Shown here: positions 41,501-51,504 of the stretch, in pieces
Position numbering within the stretch: the stretch's first letter is position 1
Layout: every line of letters begins with the position of its first letter
From: Bugula neritina
Lineage: Eukaryota; Animalia; Bryozoa
Assembly: GCA_964035545.1 (NCBI GenBank)
Contig: OZ037767.1
Location: 30,830,628 to 30,894,627, forward strand
Reading direction: 5' to 3'
DNA: 64,000 bases
Notes under the pieces: generated by a model
What the model was told of the DNA's origin: nothing
The model's database searches: none
The model's input: only the letters and a program-made list of their open reading frames with translations
Translations under genes and position numbers: made by a program

Positions 41501-43314
41501 AAATTTCATTGAGTGTGGGGAAAAACACCATGTTTTTAATAGACGCCACCACTTTAGTGTAACTTTAAAAACATTGATGCTGCTATGAAAAGCAATGATA
41601 TGAAGATGCACTCCTGCATTTTTAGGTTTAGACTATTCAGTGTAGCAAATATATTCACTAGGTATGTAGTATACAGTTTATAGAGATTGACTTGCATGGC
41701 TGCTAAAAGTTGACCTGTTGGTTTTTGCATCTTTTTGACCTCCATTCGAAGTAGCACAGGGAAGAGTTATGGTAGAGTAATTATTAAACACATTCATGTA
41801 GAAGTAAACCAAGATTGCAGAATATATGGTTTGGTTAAATAAATGAACTAAAATGAAGGTTTATAGATATACATATACATGTAACTTGCAAGAGTTCAAA
41901 AACCGTCAACAAAATGCGTAAATTTTTCAAAGTCCAAATTCCCCCACTAAAATATCCAAATTCTCCCCTAGGGGAGAATTACCCCAGGTTGAGAACCACT
42001 GCACTAGTGACTAAAGTACAAGTAAATTTCATAGCTAGATGCTAAAGGGATAACTTCTGAACTTTTGTTTATTTTTATATTCCAAAATGTGGTTCTAAAA
42101 AAGAAACTTAAAAAGGTTTATGTTGATATTCATTCTCTTTATTAAAAATTCGACGATTGGAGAAGTTTTTTATTAAGATTTTTTAATCGAATTTAGAAGC
42201 TGGTTTGTAAAGGCGCTTTGCATGTTTTTATTAGATAACAGTGAGTCAGTGATATTTATTGAGTATTTATTAAGTTTTTATTCTGCATCAACCAAGAAAG
42301 AATCAGCTTTAATTTCACATTATTGTTGCTAATCTTCCTGTAATTATAGTTGATCTCTATTCACAGGTGGATCTAGTTGAAGGATATGCAGAGATTAAGG
42401 ATAGAATACAGAGACTTGTATCTGTTGAGATACCTGAACTAGAACTGTGTGATGTCATGACTCTAGAGGTCAAAGGTTAGTTGGTATAAGCTGACTATTA
42501 TATATTCATGTAGTACTGTGTTACTGAATATGTTGTATTTATGTTTACTATCTACATCATAGTATAGCTGTACTCTATTATATTAATTACTAGATTTAAT
42601 TGTATAGGAAAGATAGAATATTACAACTCTTGTATAGAATACAATACCATACATACCAGTTTATCAACATTACTTCTATTTGTCACATGATACGGTGTAG
42701 AGATCTTTGTATAAACTCACTCTACTTTTATACTCTTCATTAATCCATGTTGAACTATCATTATCTTTAATATTATTATATAATATATTTACTACTATTA
42801 TATAATATATTCACTACTATTATATAATATACTCACTGCTATTATATAATATATTCACTACTATTATATAATATATTCACTACTATTATAAAATATGTTC
42901 ACTACTATTATATAATATATCCACTGCTATTCTATAATATCTCCACTACTATTATATAATATATTTACTACTATTATATAATATATTCACTACTATGATA
43001 TAATATATTCACTACTATTATATAATATATTCACTACTATTATATAATATATTCACTACTATTATATAATGTATTCACTACTATTATATAATATATTCAC
43101 TACTATTATATAATATATTTACCACTATCATATAATATATTCACTACTATTATATAATATATTCACTACTATTATATAATATATTTACTACTATTATATA
43201 ATATATTCACTACTATTATATAATATAGTCCCACTAATATACAAATGTTCAACTATAAACAGATATTGTTTCTACCATTTAATAATTTGATTTTACATAA
43301 CATAATAATATAAA

Positions 43315-43385
<71 letters not shown>

Positions 43386-44654
43386 TTTACAGGAGAGAAG
43401 AGAGACATAGAAGTAGATTTAGTTTCTACAGCAGACGTATCTATTAGTTTGGATCAAGGAGTGACAACTTCTACTCTTCCTAATTCTCTCAAACTCTTGC
43501 AGTCTGTTGATGTTTCTAGAGGTTGTTACTCAGTCTGTAGCTATGAGGGTAACACTTATGTAGGACTGACTGGTGGGGGAGTAGACAGAGTAGATGAGAA
43601 CTATAATGTTACTCAGTCATTTGATACAGTCAGTGGTTCTGTGTTTGGTCTTACAGCATATAAAGATCAGCTGTACACTTCAGTGCGTGATGGCAGTAAT
43701 AATTGGAAGGTAGAAGTGTATGACTTTAGTGGTCATCAGGTGACCAGCTGGTCTCACAGTGATACTAGTAGTGGGTATAGCAATGAACTTGTTATAGTTG
43801 ATGATCAGGTTGTAGTCCCTGATAGACAAAGTAAAAGACTCACAATCTACTCTCTTACTGGGAAGGTAATTAAACAAGTGCCCTGCTCTCTACTCAGTAA
43901 CAGTTATACAGCTATATGTGCAGCAGACAGACATTGTGTAGTAGTATCTGATTACGTTTCCTATCAAGTATTTAAGTTGGACCTGACAACAGAGAAAGTC
44001 ATCTGGACATGTAGAGATGTGACTGGACCACAAGGTGTGACCTGCTATAAAAGTAAATATATTCTTGTGACTGACTACAGCAGTAAAACTACTATCTGGA
44101 TACTGGATGTGAAGACAGGTTAGTTGGTGTTTATTCTACCATATGGGAAGCTCTTGTACACACACACTATAGTTGGTTTGCATGTATGCTCTCAGTTTAA
44201 CCTTTAGATGGAAGCTATTACATGCTATATTATCATATATTATTATTAACAATGTATATGGTAGCTATAAAGTATACAAAACATTTGCCATATATAATGC
44301 AGTATAATATTATAGTCATTACATATAATATTATATATAATATAGTTTCTTATTAACAGAGTATACAGTAGCTAGAAAATATAGAAAACCTTTGTCTTAT
44401 ATAATGTAGTCTAACCTTGTAATCAAGATCTTTATTGATATATAATATTCGTATAATATAATTTGATATTTGAGAACAGAATGTGTTAAACAGAGGTTGT
44501 TACATCATTTCCTGTTACAGGCACACAGCTGGCTAAGATAGAAGATCCAACTGTTAGAGAGAATAGTAATGTATTCGATCTTCATGTGTATAGAGACACT
44601 CTGATTGTACCCAGAAATAATGAGAAGAAAGTTCTGTTCTACCAGCTCAACTAA
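38550..44654 (+). CDS. TRIM-like copy 6 (606 aa); exons 38550-38707, 38827-38983, 39084-39267, 39556-39737, 39823-39993, 42367-42475, 43393-44118, 44521-44654
   Basis: Intact spliced frame ending VLFYQLN-TAA. Confidence 0.92.
40316..42001 (-). mobile_element. Decayed hAT (Charlie/Buster-like) transposon with transposase remnants and two nested small elements
   Basis: TIR CAGTGGTTCCCAACCT / AGGTTGAGAACCACTG, 8-bp TSD CACTAGTG. Minus-strand fragments LVPSSTTYLSEVGLS, KRNCLNLQGDLR.A.SNTEP and LQEDYIELVHNS resemble the hAT C-terminal dimerisation region. Confidence 0.92.
42770..43384. repeat. 20-bp minisatellite (~22 units) plus (TA)~33 before the exon 7 acceptor, copy 6
   Basis: Visible repeats. 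Confidence 0.85.
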
Positions 44655-46973
44655 ACAGGTATTATATAACACTGTGTTTTTAGAGTCAAAGGGGAGCTCT
44701 TATATTATTTAATATATATTGATAAATATATTTCATGCTGAGGCTTTAAACCTGTAAATTACTAAATTTGCTCTTTGTTTTCATTTGCTCATATATTATC
44801 CTCTAATCTTTTCACTGCTGTCAATCTTTCTCTCAGCAAATGAAGTTTTATAATCTTTGGCAACATTATTTTATATGATAGTGTAATGTACTGCCTGTTT
44901 TGGTAATACTCACATCTGATTGGTGTATGTTGTAGGTCATGTGGAGATAACCCTTACACTGTGTCAAAATGCTTGCTAGTTCTTGAGTACACCTGAGAAT
45001 ATCTTAGGAGTTGTCTTCTTACTCTTAGATTACCTAACGGTGATAATATTACCTTTTTTAGTAAATTCTACCATTTCTTAATATTTGTTATTTTTTTCAT
45101 CGGTTGGTTCTTGGAAAGTCAAAACAATATATTATAAAAATAGTATTATATACTGGTCGTGTATATTAAAATAGTGGTGTTGTATAATATACATATAATA
45201 GTATTGTTTAATTTTGTTAGGGTGAATGTGTGTAGGTTTGCATGCATGTTTTTATTATAATGTATACTTTATTTTGTTTTGCTGAATAAGCCCCAGATAA
45301 TTGTTTCTTTTTCAAATTATCATGCTTTTATGTTATATTATTTCATAAACTATCTTAATAACAATTACCGTAACTATACTTGCTTCTAGTGAATTTTATT
45401 TTAATTTTTGTTTAAAATGCAATGTTTATATAATTATATTATAGCTTTTGAGGCACAAATCTTCTAAATGCTGCTTAACTTATGAATTTACTAACAATTC
45501 TCATATAATGAACATATAATTTGAAAATAAACAATGCTAAGAAGTGTTTAACTAAACATCAACCTTGTTGGCAAGGCCGTATCTGTTTTCTACTTGGCTT
45601 ATTAATATTTGTTTGAAACATGTTAGTGGTCAAATGAATAATGATCAGATAATATTGAACACGTGTTCATTGATTGGCCTGTTGGTTAGCACTGCCATTG
45701 TTATTGGAATAATTGTATAACAGTAAACTGTAACTTGCATTGTTGGTGAAGATCAAATATTGAGCTTAATACTCTTGATACCGGATGGCACTCGCATAGC
45801 AGACGACATTATATTATTGCAGACGACACTTGTGAGCAGTCGACCGGAACAGAACATTGTTCATAGTAGACTCGCTATAGCGCATTAGTTTATCTAACTC
45901 ACGAAACTGGTGAGCTGTCGGATTAGAGTTTGTAGGAACTGACAAACCAAAAGGTAAGATTGGTTTAAAAATTGTACTTATTTCAAGCTTAATCAGGACT
46001 TTTAGTAGCGCAAAGCTACTTGATTCTAAGGTTAATATAGAAGTAACTATCATTGTGGGATATACGGGGAAATTTAGTGAAATGCAAACTGTTATAGCTT
46101 ATAGCGTATAATTGCGGTATAAAGCACACACATCAGGGTTTATAATATAAAATTATTGGTTACCTAAAGTTGATTTCACCATGTTTAGCAAATTCTTAGT
46201 TATCTTCAAAAAAAGTTCTTAACTCTGAAATTGCATGCTTAATTTGATAAATTTTTTTGTCTGATTTCCTTATATCAAGGACGTGACACAGCCTCAACTC
46301 AGTTATGGACATATCATTAGCTACACAAAGGCTTGCCTTCTACATAGGCAACTTTACCATTAACAACATGGTAAACAACGTAGAGAATTCTAGAACTTGT
46401 AACTTTCTATCAAAATGGTATTTTAAGCATTGATTATAAGTGATATGAATGCTGACTGTAGATTTGGACTAACAACTGTTGGTCATGTACTAAAGTTGTA
46501 CAGCACGGAGACAGCTTATCAGACTGTTTCAACACCAAGTGCAAACAAAATCTCCCAAATCAAATATTCTATGTACATAAATAGCATCAGCAGCGTAGCA
46601 TTCAGTGTTAGCTGCTGACTACAACATCAAATAAAACAAACTTAGCTTAGCAGCTGTTTTATAACCATCTGTTGACATATAGAGACCTGGTAATTGATGG
46701 GTAAAAACAAATCACAAACTTTTAATTAAAACTTGAGATATGAATGTGGAATAAATTCAGACAACGTAGTGGTATTGGCATATTGGCATATTCAGCTTAT
46801 AATATTATAAGATTGTTTAGACTTAATTACATAACCATTGGAGTGAGAAATAAGGCAGGAAATAATATCTTGGTCATTTAGGTTTCTAGATGAGGTATAT
46901 TAATATAAGGCGTTGTATATAAACTAAACACTCAACTTTATTTGAAGAACAACCATTACAAAGGATGGAATAG

Positions 46974-49900
46974 ATGATGAATGAAAAACTAAAAATTAGA
47001 CCGAAGTCTTCCGCTCCAACATTAGCAAAGTCAGGACAACTCAACTACATATCAATGCGGGGCCCAGACTGTTGGAGAACTGAGGCTAACGGCGGAGTAT
47101 GGGCATCAGAAACCAGTCTACTAGGTTAGATTTTCTCTGCTTTAGTCTTGTAATAAATAGGATGTTGAAATGAAATAATGTACCAATATACCTATACCTA
47201 CACCAGTAACTGTACCTACACCAGTACCTATACCTACACTAGTACCTACACCAGTACCTGTACCTACACTAATCCCTGTACCTATACTATTACCTGTACC
47301 TACACTAATACCTACTACAAGGGCACCCATTTATTACTCATCATGATTACTTCACTTATACCTATATCTGCAGCAACAACCTCTATTTGTATGCCCACAT
47401 CATCCTGCAAATTAATGATATAACCCTACCTGGTATACCTGCATATTTGATTATACCTGCATAATTTATTATACCTGCATAATATATTATACCTGCATAA
47501 TATATTATATCTGTATATGTTATACTTGTACCCATAGGCTTTGATTAAGTTGGGTTATTCTAGTCATGTGACTTGAAACACAAATGAAATAATAACATAG
47601 TTAATAACATGTAATAAATATGACCGAACAAATTTTTAAATGCTTGCTTTGGAGCATTGATTACAAAAACAACACATTGTAAGCACAGTTTACTACAAGT
47701 GTGCTGAATATCATATTTTATGTCTTTTGAGTTTTGATTACTCAAAATATTCACAAACTACTACAATATGATAACCCATAATAAATACACTATATGAGTA
47801 GTAGTATGAGCAATGGTAGAGTTAGTACTCTATCCTAATTCCTAACTTGAATTTACTTTTCTAGCTGCTCAATGAACTTGAATTTGTAAAGCAGCTGAAA
47901 ATTTGCTTTAGTTCTAACAGCTATTTTAGCTTGATAACGTTTTGAAATAAAGCAATCACCTTTCAAACTAAAATAAAGAAACTGAAGCTAGAAGTAACAT
48001 TTCTGCAACTGCTAGTAACCGTGTATAGACTATATGCATCATATTCTATATCTACTGTATGCCATTAGCATGCAGGTGACAGTGAGTGCTTCAGCTGACA
48101 GCAATTCTCAAGTACTTGTACTATGACAAATGTCAGCTTTGAATATGGCTAATTAAACTGAAGATAAGAAAAGCTTAAAACTCTGAGCACTGATGGGAAA
48201 TACTTAATTCACTCACTAATCATGACTATGTTCCCATTACTTTGAAGTAGGCTAGATAGGGTAGACTAAGATAACCTCTGCGTACAAACTATTTCCACTG
48301 AGTGTTTCATTCAGATATTGGACCAAAAAAAGCTTCAATGTAGAGTTTTAGCTTTTTTCTGGCTAAAGCCAACAATGACTAACTTGCTTTACTATTTGTA
48401 TCCAAGGAATTAATTTGCAGAGTAAAACAAAACTTAATTATGATCATGCAGCTGCGTGGCAAGAGGGTTGCTCCAAACATAAATGTTTAAAATATTTCTA
48501 GTTTTGTAAACAATTTTTGGATGCATACAGCTTTAGAAAAAGTTGCATTATGCTCCAGTGTATTAAATAGAAAATATAATTGAAAATGTTATATCACTGG
48601 TGACACTTTTCATTTATCATCTGAAGATGTAAGTCATTTGAATAGATGAGTTCATATAACAGCTGGACAGCAATATTAATCAATAAAATATGATTGTTCA
48701 TTAAAAAGCCTTATAATGAGGTAGCAATACTGAAGTTATAAGAAAACCAATGAATTTATAAAGGTGACACCTTTGTCAAACCACAAGAATTTGCATTTTA
48801 TATCATGTGACCAGCTACTGAGCAGTTTAGCTACTTTGACTCTGTAACTTTAACATAGATCATAGAGAATTTTAAACTCTCACTTAAACACTTTATTAAT
48901 TTTTAATGAATTGAAGGTTCAACTCAGTAGTTTAATTTCTCTTTAATACTCTTGAAGCAGATGCACACACTGTAGCAGACGTGCATAATGTAGGAGATAT
49001 ACACACTGTACAGTAGGTTGACATAACCACACATAATATGCCCAGTCATGCTGAGATTTAATTTTATAGTGTTTTTAAGCAATAAACTGTATTTAACATT
49101 CACTACAAATTTTTGTTCATATTCACTGCTTAAAATTTTGCTGAGTGGCTTACATAAAATGTTATTAACATTCATCATGATTATCACTGAGAACAGAGCC
49201 AGGCAGCACTAGGCAGCACCAGGCAGCACCGATGGCAGCACCGCTGACTCTGTATGTAGCTCTACGCAGTGTGATGTTACCCAGGAAGATATTAATCAAT
49301 ACTGCTTTGTTTTCAAATTGTGAGAAATGTCCTTTTCCATTCTCTGCTTCACTCGTCAAGAATAATTATATCTAGATAATTCTAAAGTTAATTGATTTGC
49401 AATAATAATGATGATGGTTAATAGGCAGATCCTTTCTCCTGGAATTGATTTAATAAACTCATTGACCACGGATGACATCAATGCATACTGCACGCTCAGT
49501 TTAACTCCTCTTCTCTTTCTAGTTCCAGTGAAATCATAACTTATGCCACACTTAGCCATATAAAGGGTTCATCAACTGCAAGTAACAAGCAACATGAATT
49601 ATTGTTACAAAACCTAACATGTTCAATAGTCAATAATCAGTATTATATAATATTATATTATCACCTACAGAATACCTAACAGTCCGTTATGCAATCATAT
49701 TAGTAACATAACTTGTTTAATTAGATTATATTCAGTCTATATAATAACATGCTATATAAAAAGTGGAGATCACAACCTACATCTATGCTATAGAGTATAG
49801 AATGCAAAGAGTAGTAATGCAGGTGTTACAGTCTCAAAACAAATATTTCTAACATTAAAACAGAATATAAGATAATCTACAAATATAATGCAATATATGT

Positions 49901-51145
49901 AATGTAATGCCATAGTTATACACAATGTATGTAGCAATATGATATAATATAATATCTATGAGAGAACCGAGCTGTTCCAACTAATCTCATTGTTTGATAT
50001 TTCCTTTCTCTAAATGCAAAAACACTTTTAAACATATTTGGTTGCTATGGTATTTGTTTACAGGTATCCAAGGATCTAAATATACTCCCCACCCTTGGCA
50101 AATTGGTCTCGGGCCCCAGTCAGGGGGTTTCTTACCAGTACTGAAGGCTAAAACACGGCCTTCAACCGGCTTAAGAAAAATTAGCAAAAGATCGAAACTA
50201 GCCTCTTCTATTCCATCGGATCCGTCTGGTGGAAAGATTATAACTGCCAACACGGCGTCTGTGTTAGACTTGAGCACCATAGTGCCCGGTGGAAATAAAA
50301 AGGAAGTCGTGAAGTTATACAGAGAAAACAGCCTACCGGCAAACTTTCAAGTATTAACACCTCCTGCGTTTAGATATTCGCAGGAGAGTAATGTGGACCT
50401 TGTCCTCTCAAAACTAGACTTACTAGATAGAGAATCAAACTCGGGAAATATTAGTTTGACAAAAACAAATGTCGGTGCAACTCACAGCCAAGTGAGTGTA
50501 GAGACTGAAGATATTAAACAGACTAGTTCCAGTTTGACACCCGCACCTCCACCTTCTCCGAGGAAGCAGACACCAGTCCGAGTAGACAAAACCTCAAGTA
50601 GTAAACATGAACAATTGACAGACAGTAAATGGAAGTTGAATGTTCTCATTCCAGACAACAAATCTGAAGAGGACGAGAGTAACACTTCGGCTGATGAAAT
50701 AGACACAATCAAAAACTCTAATAACCCAAAACCCGCTCTGAGCTTTGCCTCAGATAAGCTATTTGAGCCTCATAACACAAAGAAACTGGGAAACACAACA
50801 TCTGTGTTATCAGCTGGTGCTAGGCAAGGTGGTTTGGTAAACACGGCTACCAAGAAAAGGATATTAAGAAGCAAGTCGGTTGACAAATCAGCTCAACTAG
50901 AAAGTTCCGTAGATGATGCTTCAGAGAGTGATCAGCTGTCTGGAGACAATGAGCTGGACTCTACAAACACTGACTCCTCCAGCACTAAGCTGGCTGATGA
51001 ACCAAAGTGCGTGAGATTCTCGGAGCACCCGGCCAACGTGAAGGAGTATTATCCATGGGAGCCCCCGCAACACAGCATAGTGCATGTGACGCCCAAACCA
51101 CCGCCCCCTAAACCAGCCAAATTTACTCCAGTGTTCCGGCCTTAG
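46974..51145 (+). CDS. Uncharacterised ~410-aa Ser/Thr/Pro-rich protein with C-terminal RVxF-type motif (KCVRF); coding exons 46974-47124 and 50064-51145
   Basis: MMNEKLKIRPKSSAP...WASETSLL-G|gttag joins in phase 1 to ttacag|GTATC of the 383-aa ORF. Candidate non-coding first exon ends at AAAG|GTAAG (~45952). Confidence 0.75.
47178..47520. repeat. Low-complexity TACC-based 6/12-bp repeats and a short ~18-bp TATACCTGCATAAT array
   Basis: Visible repeats; they account for the YT-rich and GT-rich ORFs here. Confidence 0.7.
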
Positions 51146-51504
51146 TTCGGGCTACTTTTGCTCATAGATAAATCAAGAGTAGTATTTTTATAAGATATTT
51201 CCTAAGATTTAGTTTAAATGCACTTGGGTTATTACCCAAGTGCTACATGTATGTTTATGTTAATAGATTACAAATTATATGCACATACATAATAGCTATG
51301 CTAATTTGCAACTTTTATTTATTTATTTTGAGTGCATTGTACAGACAATCAAATTATGGTATTTTTTATCAAGGCCACAAATGCAAAAATATATAATGTA
51401 ATAATATAATGCAATAATATATATATTTTTTAAAGTTCTATCTTCTGGTACTATTGTATGATAAAGTAGTCTGTTTAACTTGCTTCTTACCTGTTATATT
51501 CTGA

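Noticed and set aside
1543-44118. Diversity-generating retroelement explanation for NNT-type variable codons
   Set aside because: No reverse transcriptase or invariant template repeat in the window; changes are not adenine-restricted and include indels.
5952-44654. Single gene with mutually exclusive variable exons (Dscam/protocadherin-like)
   Set aside because: Each unit has its own promoter motif, ATG, full exon set and stop; these are complete tandem genes.
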